A DNA stretch of 64,000 nucleotides, taken from an uncultured Acidobacteriota bacterium. Lineage in GTDB: Bacteria > Acidobacteriota > Vicinamibacteria > Fen-336. The DNA lies in contig OY970399.1 of NCBI GenBank assembly GCA_963720545.1, positions 768,001 to 832,000 of the forward strand, in the 5' to 3' direction. Below the pieces are notes generated by a model. That model was not told the origin of the DNA. It saw only the letters and a list, made by a program, of their open reading frames with translations, and ran no database searches. Made by a program: the position numbers and the translations under genes. Numbering within the stretch: position 1 is the first letter of the stretch; each line of letters opens with the position of its first letter. Below, piece by piece: positions 39,664-54,283 of the stretch.

Positions 39664-42600
39664 ATGCCCAGTCGCTTCTGGCGGATCACGCGGCGCACGT
39701 TCATCGGCCTGGTGCTGGTGGTGCTCGTGGTGTTCGTGGTGGCCGCGCTCGGCCTCTTCCCGGAGGAGCCGCTGCGCCGCGTGGTCGAGTCGTCGCTGCG
39801 CCGGACATTCGGCCCGAACACATCGGTCGCGCGGGTGCACGTGTTCCCCGCGGGCCTGCGCGGCGAGGTCGAGGGCCTGGTGGTGGACACGCCGGCGTAT
39901 CGTCTCGAGATCCCGCGACTCGCGGCGGCGATTCGTCCCGGCACGCTTTTCGGCGGCGCGGTGCGCCTGCGCTACCTGCGCGTGCAGCAGCCGGAGCTGC
40001 GCATCAAGACGCCCAACCCGAACGCGCCGAAGACGGCTGCGGCCGACCTGCCGGCCCTCGTCCTTGCGGACGTCCAGGTGGACGATGGCCGCCTCGTCGT
40101 CGAGATGGGCGCGCGCGGCACCATCGAGAGCCGCGGCGTGCGCGCGCGCGGTGCAGTCGGCGAGGGCATCCTTGCGCTCGAGCTGCCGCAAAACACCTGG
40201 ACCCGGGAAAAGGACCAGGCGCTCGAGCTCGGCCGGATGGCGGCGCGCCTCGCCCTCGACCCGATGCTGGTTGGAAAGCTGGAGGCGCTCGACTATGCGA
40301 AAGGCGCATCGCAGGTCGCGGTCAAGGGCGCGCTCGGACGCCTCACCGAGCCGCGGCCAGACCTGGGCTTCACCGGCGCGTTGAACCTTGGCGACTTCGC
40401 CGCGCTGGCAGCGACACCCGGCTTGCGCGGCGACGTGGCTCTCACGGGCAAGGCCGCCGGTCGGCTGGATGCGCTCGCCGTATCGGTCGTCGCTACGGGA
40501 CGCGGCGTCGGTGTCCCGGACGTCGCAGTCGATGTCGACGACGCGCGGCTCGAGTACGCGGGCACTCGTGCCACGGCCGACATCAACGTGCGCGCCTTCG
40601 CCGGCCGGATCAAGGCGAACGGCTCGCTCGACACTGCCGGCGGGCGCACCGACGGCCGCGCCACGGTCGCGGGCATTGCCTTCGAGGCGCTGCCAAAATC
40701 GGCCGCGCTGCCGCCCGAGCTGCACGGGAGGCTCTCCGGCGACCTGACGTGGAACGGCGACCGCAACGGCCGCGTCGCGGTGACATCGCACCTGCGCACC
40801 GAGGCGCAGTACCAGCAGCCGCTCACCGCGAACGCGGAACTGAGCGGCAGCGTGTTCCCGAAGGAAGAGCGCCTCGACCTGCGCTTCACCACCACTGCGG
40901 AAACCCAGGGCACTGGCGCCCTGCGCTCCGGCGTGGTGCAGGCCGAGGGCACGGCGCGCGGGCCCTGGCCGCCGACGATCGAAGGCGCCGCGAAGATCGT
41001 GGTTTCGGCGGCCATCGGCGGTGCCGCGGCGACCGAGCCGCTCGAGGCGGAGACCACCTTCCGCGCTGCGGCCGCGGAGACCTCGCTGAAGGCAAAGGGC
41101 ACCTTTCTCGGCGGCACTTTCGAGGCCGGCGGTCGCCTCGCCAAGGACCGCATCGAGGACGCGACGCTTTCCGCTGTCGCGATCGAGCTGCACCGTATCG
41201 ACCCGCGCGCGGCCGGCAGCGCAAGCCTCAAGGTCGCAGCTGCCGGCAAGGCCGCGGCCCCCGACGTGGACGCTTCGTTCGCGACCGCCGGGCTCGCCGT
41301 CAACGGCATCATGCTCGACACGGCGAGCGTCACGCTCAAGGGCCCGCTGTCTGGCGCTTCGTGGACCGCGGCCGTGCCGGCGCTGAACCTCACCGGCAGC
41401 GGCCGATTCGCGAACGGCCAGGGCGGCTCCCTCAACGGCACGCTCACGGCCGAGCAGACCGACCTCGCTCTTTTCGCGCCGCTCGTGCCTCGCGTTTCCG
41501 GGCTCGCGGGCACCCTGAGCGCCACCGCCGACCTGAATGTGCCGCTGGGCGAGGGCGCCGCGCAGCGGGCCGTGGTCAGTGCGCGTGTCACCCAACTCGA
41601 GGCCCGCACCGCGAGCCTGGGGCCGGCGCAGGCCGAGCCCTTCGGCATCCGCTACGGCGGCGGCCAGGTGGCGGTGACCGGCTTCCACGGGACGGCCCCG
41701 GGGCTCGTGGCGACGCTCGACGGCACCTACGGCCTCGACGCCGGTCGTGCCGTTGCGGGCAGGGCTCGCCTGCAGGTGGATTTGTCGAAGGTCTCCGAAA
41801 GGCTGCAGAACGCCGCCGGCAATGTCGATGCCAGTTTCGAGTTCAGCGGCAACGAAACCCGCCCCGTGGTCACCGGCGCCATCAACCTCGCCGGCATCGC
41901 CGTGGACCAGCCGGGCAAGCCGACGGTTCGCGTTGCCGACGGCGTCATCCGCATCGCCGGCAACGCTGCCGTCGTCGACAACCTGAAAGCCGAGACGGAC
42001 GGCGGCGCCGTGGTGGTCACCGGACGCGTACCGGTGCCGGCGCTGGTGCGCAGCTGGCGCGCCGATCCGCTGCGCGTCCAGGGCAGCGAAGCGGCCGACC
42101 TGACCGTCTCCTGGAACGGCTTCGACGCCGGCGCGCTCCTCGCCCGCATGCGGCCGACTTCCGAAGAACGCCTGACCGCGCAGCTCACCGGCAGCCTCAA
42201 GCTATCGGGCGGCCTCGCAAGCCCCGACGAGGTCGAGGCGCTGCTCGCATCGCAACCAGCCGAGATCGCCGTGGGCGAAACCACCGGCCGCCTCGAGGGC
42301 TTCGAGGTGAAGGCGACTCGCGGCCTCGTGAGCACCGCGGGCATCGAGATCGGCACCGCCGGCGCCAGCTTCAGGGTCGCGGGCAGCGCCACGCTCCAGG
42401 ACCGCAGGCTCGACCTCACCGGCAAGGGCAAGGTGGACCTGCGGGTGCTGTCGCCGCTTCTCGCCTCCGCGGCTCTTTCGGGCACCGCCACCGTGGACGC
42501 CGCGGTCAAGGGCACCGCGGCAGCACCCGATGCGCGCGGCAGCGTCACAATCAGCGGCGCCACCGCGCGGCTGCGCATGATGACCCAGTCGTTCACCGGC

Positions 42601-45600
42601 ATCGAAGCGAACGCGGTGCTGGAAGGCAACCAGGTGCGGGTCGACAAGGCGACGGCGGTGCTCGGCGGCGGCAACATCAACGCTTCCGGCACCGTGGCTC
42701 TCGCAGGCCGCGGCTTCGGCACCGTGGACATGACGATCACCGGCAAGGAGATCGCCCTGCGCTATCCGGAAGGCCTGCGCAGCCGCATCCAGGCCGACCT
42801 CAAGCTCACCGGCACCCCGGGCCAGATGCTGCTCTCGGGCGACGTGCGCGCCTCGCGCGCCCTCTACGACCGCGACTTCCAGACGACCTCGTTCCTCGCC
42901 TCGGTGCCGGTCGAGGACTCGCCGGCGCTGCGCCGCATTGCCCTCAACATCAACGTCATTGCGCGCTCGCCGCTGCGCATCCGCAACGACACGGCGCGCC
43001 TCGAGGCCACCGGCCGGCTCAACATCCGCGGCGACCTGCAGTCGCCGAGCCCGTTCGGCCGCTTCGAGGTGGTGACGCCGGGCGGCGAATTGTACCTGCT
43101 CGGCGGCCGCTATACCGTGAACCGGGGCACAATCGTCTACAACGGCACCTTCGATCCGCTGCTCGACATCGAGATCCAGCGGCGCGTGCGCATCCGTCCC
43201 AGCGACACCAGCCAGCCCACCGGCGACTACACCGCGATCATTGCCGCCAACGGCACTGTCAACGACATCAGCCGCGAGGTGTTCCAGATGGCGCTCGGCG
43301 GCGGCTCGGCGGCCGCCGAACCGCAGACGCTGCGCTTCACGGCGGAGGGCCCGGGCGACGTCGACCCGGTCGACGTCGGCTACGTGGCGCTCACCGGCCG
43401 GCGGCGCAACGACATCCGCGGCGTCGGCATCGCCGGCGAGCAGACGCAGAACCTGCTGGCGGGGCGCCTGGCCCGCTCGATCACCAAGGGCCTGCCGTTC
43501 GAAAACGTCACCATCCAGCCCGAGCGCGTGTCGCGCGAGACCGACACCCCGGAAACCCGCTGGACCTTCGGCGCGGGGCTTGCCGCCGGCGTCGACCTGA
43601 CGTACGCGGTGAGCCTCGCGAACTCCGAAGACCGCCTGATCCAGCTCGACGGCCGCCCGTTCCGCAACTTCACCGCCACCGCCAAGCGCGAGTACGACAT
43701 CGACCGCAAGGAGACGATCGCGACCGGCGGCGTCGGCCAGCGCTTCGAGTTCGCGCGGCCGCCGGCGCGGCAGCGCCTGCGCGCCGACGGCACGCCGCAG
43801 CCGCGCACGCGGCAGCGCCGCCAGGAAAAGGTGGAGATCGCCGAAGTAAGGGTGACAGGCATCGACGATGCGGGTCTGCAGCAGGAGGCGCGCGGCGTCC
43901 TCAAGACCAAGGTCGGCAAGTCGGTCGACATCTGGACGGTGCAGGACGACGGCGACCGCATCCGCGAGCGCTTCCTCGACAAGGGCTACCTCGACGTCGA
44001 GGTGGGCGCCGACATCGAGGACACTGCCGCGGTCTTCAACGTCCGCCCCGGCCGGCCGTACGTGGCGCGCATCAGCGGCATGAACAAGCCGCCCGCCCTC
44101 ACGGCCGAAATGCACAAGGCGCTGTATGAGGAAGAGGCCCTCGACAAGGGCCGCGACCGCATCCTTGCCGACCTGTTCGAGCGCGGCTTCTTCCGCGCCA
44201 AGGTCAAGACCTCCGCGGTGGACGAAGGCGCGTCGCGGGTGCTGCTTTTCCAGGTCGAGCCGGGCCCCGCGCTGAAGCTCGGCAAGGTGACGTTCCCGGG
44301 TGCCACCGCTGTTTCCGAGAAATCGCTGCTGGCCGCGGCCGGCGGAGCCGGGAGGCTCATCAGCGACCCGGGCGAAGCGCGCACGGACATCCGCAAGGAG
44401 TACGCGGAGCATCACTATCTCGAAGCGCAGGTGGAGGCGCCGAAGGTCACGGAGTCGGGCGGCGTCATCGACATCGAGGTGAAGGTGCAGGAAGGTCAGC
44501 AGGCGACGGTCGCCGTCGTGATTTTCGAAGGCGCCTCGCGCCCGGAGTCGGAGCTCCTGGCGCTGTCCAAGCTGCGCGCCGGGGTGCCGTACGACGAGGT
44601 CGAGGCACTCGCTTCGGTGGACGCGATCCGCAACGACTACTACCGCAAGGGCTGGGCCGCGGCGCGCGTCTACGCGACCCACGAAGACCGCGCCGAGGGC
44701 ATCGTCTTCACCTACCACGTCACCGAGGGGAAGCGGCTCACCATCGGCCGCATCGAGATCGTCGGCCTCAACCGCGTCAACGAATCGTTCGTACGCAGCA
44801 ACATCAAGCTGCGCGCCGGCGAGCCGCTCGACCCGATCAAGGTCGGCGAGATGGAGCGGCGCCTGCTGCAGCTCACCGTGTTCTCGCGCGTCAGCTCGAC
44901 CCACACCGACGACGACCCGGCGACCATCACCGTGGACGTGCAGGAGCGCGCGCGCTACGCCGCGAGCTACGAGCTGCGCTACAACACCCCGGAGAAGCTG
45001 GCGCCGATCGTCGACGGCGAGGTGCGCAACCTGTTCGGCCGCGGCCTCAGCGTCGGTGCCCGCTACCGGCGCAGCAGCGTCATCGACCAGTGGCGCGGCT
45101 CGCTGTTCATACCGTCGTTCCTGTGGCGCGGTGACCTCTACACCTCCGTGTTTCGCGAGAAGGAGGTGAACTTCGGCTCCGCCGGCGTCGACTGCAACGT
45201 CGAGCCGACGCCGGACGTCTGCGGCGTTACGCAGCTGGAACGCGGCTTCCAGCTGCAGGAATCGGTGCAGCTCGGCCAGCGCAACACCATCCTGTTCGGC
45301 TACCGGATGGAGCGCGCGGTGATCACCTCGCCGGTGCTGATCGAGCCGAGCACGCAGAACACGGCGGCCCTCACGCTCTCGGGCATCCGCGACACCCGCG
45401 ACGACGTGCTCGACGCCCGCCACGGCAAGTTCACGTCACTCAACCTGACGCTGGCGCCGGCGCTGCTCGGCTCGGACCAGAACTTCATGAAGGGCCTGGC
45501 GCAGGTGTTCTGGAGCATTCCCGCCGGCCGGAAGGCAACCTGGGCGCAGGGTTACCGGCTGGGTCTCGCGCACGTCTTCAGCGCCGACAGCCTGATTTCG

Positions 45601-45969
45601 ACCCAGGGCTTCACCGCCGGCGGCGGCAACACCATCCGCGGGCTCGCGACCGATGCCCTGCAGGGCACGCCGGACAACCCGTTCATCGGCGCCCAGGGGC
45701 TGCTGGTCATCAACCAGGAGCTGCGGGTGCGCACCGATTCGGGTTTTGGGGCGGTTGTCTTTTACGATACCGGCCAGGTGTTCGAGCGGGTGCGGAAGAT
45801 CGACCTCGACCTGCGGCACTCGGTGGGCGTCGGGCTGCGCTATTCCTCGCCTTTCGGCCTGCTGCGCGTGGACGTGGCGACTCTGCTCAACCGCCGCCGC
45901 AATCCGCTCGACGGCGCCTTCATCGACAAGAAATTCCAGTTCTGGTTCAGCCTGGGGCAGGCCTTCTAG
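39664..45969 (+). CDS. TamB/AsmA-like protein fused to an Omp85 (BamA/TamA-family) POTRA + beta-barrel protein
   Basis: N-terminal signal anchor; about 1350 aa of Gly-rich amphipathic beta repeats ending GQRFEF; five POTRA-like repeats; barrel with GG.NTIRG, F.D.G.V, G.GLRY.SPFG.LR.D; terminal FWFSLGQAF. Confidence 0.88.
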   Translation: MPSRFWRITRRTFIGLVLVVLVVFVVAALGLFPEEPLRRVVESSLRRTFGPNTSVARVHVFPAGLRGEVEGLVVDTPAYRLEIPRLAAAIRPGTLFGGAVRLRYLRVQQPELRIKTPNPNAPKTAAADLPALVLADVQVDDGRLVVEMGARGTIESRGVRARGAVGEGILALELPQNTWTREKDQALELGRMAARLALDPMLVGKLEALDYAKGASQVAVKGALGRLTEPRPDLGFTGALNLGDFAALAATPGLRGDVALTGKAAGRLDALAVSVVATGRGVGVPDVAVDVDDARLEYAGTRATADINVRAFAGRIKANGSLDTAGGRTDGRATVAGIAFEALPKSAALPPELHGRLSGDLTWNGDRNGRVAVTSHLRTEAQYQQPLTANAELSGSVFPKEERLDLRFTTTAETQGTGALRSGVVQAEGTARGPWPPTIEGAAKIVVSAAIGGAAATEPLEAETTFRAAAAETSLKAKGTFLGGTFEAGGRLAKDRIEDATLSAVAIELHRIDPRAAGSASLKVAAAGKAAAPDVDASFATAGLAVNGIMLDTASVTLKGPLSGASWTAAVPALNLTGSGRFANGQGGSLNGTLTAEQTDLALFAPLVPRVSGLAGTLSATADLNVPLGEGAAQRAVVSARVTQLEARTASLGPAQAEPFGIRYGGGQVAVTGFHGTAPGLVATLDGTYGLDAGRAVAGRARLQVDLSKVSERLQNAAGNVDASFEFSGNETRPVVTGAINLAGIAVDQPGKPTVRVADGVIRIAGNAAVVDNLKAETDGGAVVVTGRVPVPALVRSWRADPLRVQGSEAADLTVSWNGFDAGALLARMRPTSEERLTAQLTGSLKLSGGLASPDEVEALLASQPAEIAVGETTGRLEGFEVKATRGLVSTAGIEIGTAGASFRVAGSATLQDRRLDLTGKGKVDLRVLSPLLASAALSGTATVDAAVKGTAAAPDARGSVTISGATARLRMMTQSFTGIEANAVLEGNQVRVDKATAVLGGGNINASGTVALAGRGFGTVDMTITGKEIALRYPEGLRSRIQADLKLTGTPGQMLLSGDVRASRALYDRDFQTTSFLASVPVEDSPALRRIALNINVIARSPLRIRNDTARLEATGRLNIRGDLQSPSPFGRFEVVTPGGELYLLGGRYTVNRGTIVYNGTFDPLLDIEIQRRVRIRPSDTSQPTGDYTAIIAANGTVNDISREVFQMALGGGSAAAEPQTLRFTAEGPGDVDPVDVGYVALTGRRRNDIRGVGIAGEQTQNLLAGRLARSITKGLPFENVTIQPERVSRETDTPETRWTFGAGLAAGVDLTYAVSLANSEDRLIQLDGRPFRNFTATAKREYDIDRKETIATGGVGQRFEFARPPARQRLRADGTPQPRTRQRRQEKVEIAEVRVTGIDDAGLQQEARGVLKTKVGKSVDIWTVQDDGDRIRERFLDKGYLDVEVGADIEDTAAVFNVRPGRPYVARISGMNKPPALTAEMHKALYEEEALDKGRDRILADLFERGFFRAKVKTSAVDEGASRVLLFQVEPGPALKLGKVTFPGATAVSEKSLLAAAGGAGRLISDPGEARTDIRKEYAEHHYLEAQVEAPKVTESGGVIDIEVKVQEGQQATVAVVIFEGASRPESELLALSKLRAGVPYDEVEALASVDAIRNDYYRKGWAAARVYATHEDRAEGIVFTYHVTEGKRLTIGRIEIVGLNRVNESFVRSNIKLRAGEPLDPIKVGEMERRLLQLTVFSRVSSTHTDDDPATITVDVQERARYAASYELRYNTPEKLAPIVDGEVRNLFGRGLSVGARYRRSSVIDQWRGSLFIPSFLWRGDLYTSVFREKEVNFGSAGVDCNVEPTPDVCGVTQLERGFQLQESVQLGQRNTILFGYRMERAVITSPVLIEPSTQNTAALTLSGIRDTRDDVLDARHGKFTSLNLTLAPALLGSDQNFMKGLAQVFWSIPAGRKATWAQGYRLGLAHVFSADSLISTQGFTAGGGNTIRGLATDALQGTPDNPFIGAQGLLVINQELRVRTDSGFGAVVFYDTGQVFERVRKIDLDLRHSVGVGLRYSSPFGLLRVDVATLLNRRRNPLDGAFIDKKFQFWFSLGQAF

Positions 45970-45974
45970 ATTCA

Positions 45975-47126
45975 ATGACGACAAACTTCGACGCGGTAGT
46001 CGTGGGTGCGGGTGTGTTCGGCGCGTGGACGGCGTACGAGCTGCAGCGCGCCGGTCGGAAAGTGGCGCTCGTGGACCAGTACGGGCCGTCCAGCGCCCGT
46101 TCCAGCTCGGGCGACGAGAGCCGCATCATCCGCATGGGCTACGGACCCGACGAGGTGTACACGCGCTTCTCGATGCGCTCGCTCGAGATGTGGAAGGGGC
46201 TGTTCAAGGCCGGCGGCCACCAGCTGTTCCACGAAACCGGCGTCTTGTGGATGGGCCGCAACCACGACATCCGCTTCGACGCCTCGGTCGAGACGCTCGC
46301 GAGGGTGGGCGTGCCGCATGAGCTCATCGAGCGTGCCGAACTCGAGCGGCGCTACCCGCAGATCGAGCTCGGCGACATCGTCGCGGCGGTGCTCGAGCCG
46401 CAGAGCGGCGCCCTCATGGCGCGGCGCGCGGTGGCGGCGGTGGCGCAGGCCTTCGTCGCCGCGGGCGGCACGCTGCTGAACGAAGCGGCGGCGCCGCCGC
46501 CCGAGAAGGGCCGGCTCGACGCGCTTTCGCTGCGCTCCGGCGGCCGCCTCAGTGCCGGCACGTTCATGTTCGCCTGCGGCTCGTGGCTGCCAAAGGTGCT
46601 ACCCGAGGCGATGTCGAGCCGCATCTTCCCGACGCGCCAGGAGGTCTTCTACCTCGGCCCGCCGCCTGGCGACGCGCGCTTCGCGCCGCCACGGATGCCG
46701 ACGTGGCTCGACCAGGGATCGCTGTTCTACGGCATCCCCGACCTCGAGACCCGCGGCTTCAAGGTGGCGTCGGACCTGCACGGCATCCGCGTCGACCCCG
46801 ACACCCAGGAGCGGGTCGCGTCGCAGGACGGGATCGCGCGCATGCGGGCGTTCGTCGCCGAGCGCTTCCCCGCTCTCGCCTCGGCGCCGGTGGTCGAGAG
46901 CCGCGTGTGCCAGTACGAGAACAGCTGGAACGGCGACTTCGTGATCGACCGCCACCCGGCGAGCGACAACGTCTTTATCGCCGGCGGCGGCTCCGGCCAC
47001 GGCTTCAAGCACGGGCCCGCGGTTGGCGAATACGCGGCGACGTTGATGCTCGGCACGCTGGCGCGTGCCGAGCCGCGCTTTGCCTGGTCGGCGACCCGTA
47101 CCGAGCAGCTGCGCGCCGTCTACTGA
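45975..47126 (+). CDS. FAD-dependent oxidoreductase, sarcosine oxidase / SolA-like
   Basis: VVGAGVFG, SS..ESRIIR.GYG, conserved Cys (VCQY) and GSGHGFK. Confidence 0.88.
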   Translation: MTTNFDAVVVGAGVFGAWTAYELQRAGRKVALVDQYGPSSARSSSGDESRIIRMGYGPDEVYTRFSMRSLEMWKGLFKAGGHQLFHETGVLWMGRNHDIRFDASVETLARVGVPHELIERAELERRYPQIELGDIVAAVLEPQSGALMARRAVAAVAQAFVAAGGTLLNEAAAPPPEKGRLDALSLRSGGRLSAGTFMFACGSWLPKVLPEAMSSRIFPTRQEVFYLGPPPGDARFAPPRMPTWLDQGSLFYGIPDLETRGFKVASDLHGIRVDPDTQERVASQDGIARMRAFVAERFPALASAPVVESRVCQYENSWNGDFVIDRHPASDNVFIAGGGSGHGFKHGPAVGEYAATLMLGTLARAEPRFAWSATRTEQLRAVY

Positions 47127-47140
47127 AGCGCTGACGGCGC

Positions 47141-47686
47141 CTAGTGCAGGGTCGAGAGGATCGCGCGCAACGTGGTCGCTTCGGGAGCGGTCGGGGCGAG
47201 CGTCAGGAACTTCTGGTAATCGGCGGCCATGTTCGCGGGCTGCTTCTTGCCGTCGTAGGCCTGGCCGCGCCAGAAGAAGGCGTAGGCCTGGTCGCCTTTT
47301 GCGGTGATCGCCGCGGTCATGGCGGTGATGGCGTCGTCGTACTTCTTCAGGCCGACGAGCGCATTGCCCAGCGACGCCACCGCCACCGGGTGCGTCGGCG
47401 CCGCGGTGACGGCAGCGCGCGCCGGAGCCTCGGCTTCGGCGTACTTCTTCTGCTTGACCAGGCTGCCGGCGAGGTAGGCGCTCGCCTCGGTGCCCTTGGC
47501 CGTGCGCAGCGTCGCTTCGGCGCCGGCGAAGTTGCCGGCCTTGAACTGCGCGATGCCGGCCGCGACCGGGTCGGCGGCGGGTGCCTGGGCGAGCGGCGCG
47601 GACGACGCGCCGGCACAGGTGAGGAACACGCCCGAGGCGGCGACCAGCGCGGCGGCAAGGGCTGAGCTGCGGATGATTGCGTTCAT
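47141..47686 (-). CDS. Exported tetratricopeptide-repeat protein
   Basis: Signal peptide followed by TPR-like helices (LGNAL..LKKYDDA, AFFWRGQAY, YQKFLTLAP); GGAGGAG SD. Confidence 0.85.
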   Translation of the reverse strand: MNAIIRSSALAAALVAASGVFLTCAGASSAPLAQAPAADPVAAGIAQFKAGNFAGAEATLRTAKGTEASAYLAGSLVKQKKYAEAEAPARAAVTAAPTHPVAVASLGNALVGLKKYDDAITAMTAAITAKGDQAYAFFWRGQAYDGKKQPANMAADYQKFLTLAPTAPEATTLRAILSTLH

Positions 47687-47901
47687 TTTCTCTCCTCCAG
47701 CAACACGATATGACGGACGTTCGACCACGGCACCATGATGCGGCTCGTGACTTCCTGCACGTCACCGCCCTCGGTGACGATGCGCCGTACTTCGAAAACG
47801 ATGCCGATCGGGTCCGACTCCAGCACGGTGGGGCTGGTGAAGAGCGCATCGCGGGTGGCGATTTCCTTCACCGTCGTGCCCGCCGCCAGTCCGGCCGCCA
47901 T
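47683..47901 (-). CDS. Small beta-rich hypothetical protein (72 aa)
   Basis: GGGAGG SD; ATGA coupling to the TPR gene; typical codon usage. Confidence 0.75.
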   Translation of the reverse strand: MAAGLAAGTTVKEIATRDALFTSPTVLESDPIGIVFEVRRIVTEGGDVQEVTSRIMVPWSNVRHIVLLEERK

Positions 47902-47915
47902 CAGGACCTCCCATT

Positions 47916-48024
47916 ATCGACGGATTGGCGGTCGTTCGCGTCCAATCCGTCGATTTCCGTTAGTCAGTTCCCCAGGCGCTTGCGTCATGGCTTTAGTGCG
48001 TTCCCCAAGCGCTTGCGTCATGGC

Positions 48025-48025
<1 letters not shown>
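47916..48025. repeat. Composite repeat copy A: 13-bp perfect hairpin plus two tandem 33-bp units
   Basis: ATCGACGGATTGG-N13-CCAATCCGTCGAT (47916-47954), then TTCCG, then TTAGT(CA/GC)GTTCCCCA(G/A)GCGCTTGCGTCATGGC(T/C) at 47960-47992 and 47993-48025. Confidence 0.9.
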
Positions 48026-49344
<1,319 letters not shown>

Positions 49345-49373
49345 GGTCAATCTCTCTTTCGAACGAAGTGCGT

Positions 49374-49408
49374 TGGTTTCCGGCAGAGTGGAAACCAGGA
49401 TCGTACCA
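49374..49408 (-). promoter_or_regulatory. ino1 extended -10 with an adjacent inverted repeat (candidate operator)
   Basis: Minus strand TGgTACGAT (49408-49400), followed after 2 nt by TGGTTTCC-N8-GGAAACCA (49374-49397). Confidence 0.55.
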
Positions 49409-49435
49409 CGCAGCCGCGGGCCGGCCGCGGCGCCG

Positions 49436-49660
49436 CTATTGGCTCAGGCGGCCGTTCGCGTTGAGGAAATCGAGCGCGGCGGTGGTGATCTCGGCGTCGT
49501 GGCGCGGCCCGACGAAACGGCGTTCGCCCAGGTGGTAATGCAGGATGCCGGAGCGCGACAGCCGTGTTTCAGTCTCGAACGAGTAGAAGAGCAGCACCCT
49601 GGTGGTGATCGAATGTCCGTTGTCGTCGAAGAAATCGAACTTGAGGTTGCGTATGGACAC
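49436..49660 (-). CDS. Small hypothetical protein (74 aa)
   Basis: GTG start, protein-like composition, GC3-biased codons and its own sigma70-type promoter upstream. Confidence 0.7.
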   Translation of the reverse strand: MSIRNLKFDFFDDNGHSITTRVLLFYSFETETRLSRSGILHYHLGERRFVGPRHDAEITTAALDFLNANGRLSQ

Positions 49661-49692
49661 TTTTTATCGGGGGCCGTGGTTGGTGAGCAGTG

Positions 49693-49722
49693 ACTCTAGG
49701 AATCCGTTTTGGATGCTGTCAA
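49693..49722 (-). promoter_or_regulatory. Sigma70-type promoter
   Basis: Minus strand TTGACA-18 nt-TAGAGT within an AT-rich intergenic region. Confidence 0.65.
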
Positions 49723-49835
49723 GGGTGCGCGCGCCCTTGATGGCGGCTGTTGAAATAATTCGATTTGGATGGCGCCCTAGCCAATCGCGGTCATTGCAAC
49801 AGCAAAAAAAATGCCTTGACAACCACGTGACATCC

Positions 49836-50131
49836 TCAATTGATTTGCTTGACGACGCTGACCGCGAGATGCACGATGGTCGCGCCCCATCCGCCGCTCG
49901 CAGGCGAAGCGTCGCCGAAGGAAACGACGTGCGGCAGCGAGCGCAGCACCCGCGCCACCACGGCGCGCTGCGTGCCGGTGCCGCGGCCATGCACCAGGCG
50001 CAGCGTCTTGATGCCGCGCGCGGCGCAGGCGGCGACGTACTCCTCGACCACCGAAGGGATGTCGCGCGGCGCGAACGCGTGCAGGTCGAGCTCGCCGGTC
50101 AGCGGGATTTCGACTGGCGGTTCGTCGCCGC

Positions 50132-50135
<4 letters not shown>
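49836..50135 (-). CDS. Stand-alone Smr domain protein
   Basis: [13 protein letters not shown] and [12 protein letters not shown] overlap with the metH stop. Confidence 0.9.
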
Positions 50136-53857
<3,722 letters not shown>

Positions 53858-54283
53858 TTACTGCAGTTTACCGCGCAGCCTGTCCAGGGCGTTCAGGCTC
53901 GTGAGCAGGGCCCCGAGCGCCGGCGTGCCCATTTCCCTGCGCAGCACCTCCTGCGCGCGACGCCAGCAGTCATCGCCGGCGCGCCGCGCCTTCTGGCCCG
54001 CGGCGGTGATCTGCCAGTAGCGTTTGCGCCGGTCGGTTCCTGCGACTGTTCTGACCCAGCCGCGCCGCTGCAGCCGGCGCAGGCCGCCGCCAATCAGCGC
54101 GCTGCTCAACCCCAGGGCGCGAACCAGGCCCTTGGCGCGGGCGCGATCGCCGAGCGAGAGAACGGACAGCAACGTATAAGTCACCCAGTCGAGCGACACT
54201 TTCTGTAGCTCGGCGTCGTAGCGGCGCGCGAGCCTGCGGGCGGCGGTGTCCAGGAGAATTGGCGCCGTCTTCGGGAGGTTCAC
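53858..54283 (-). CDS. MarR-family winged-helix regulator
   Basis: AARRLARRYD..L, L..LQRRGWV, DRR....IT.AG and W..AQ; its stop abuts the metH ATG. Confidence 0.82.
   Translation of the reverse strand: MNLPKTAPILLDTAARRLARRYDAELQKVSLDWVTYTLLSVLSLGDRARAKGLVRALGLSSALIGGGLRRLQRRGWVRTVAGTDRRKRYWQITAAGQKARRAGDDCWRRAQEVLRREMGTPALGALLTSLNALDRLRGKLQ

Noticed and set aside
47916..47966. Integron attC site
   Set aside because: GTTAGTC only partly fits GTTRRRY, the stem is perfect with no extrahelical bases, there is no integrase, and the neighbours are not cassette-like.
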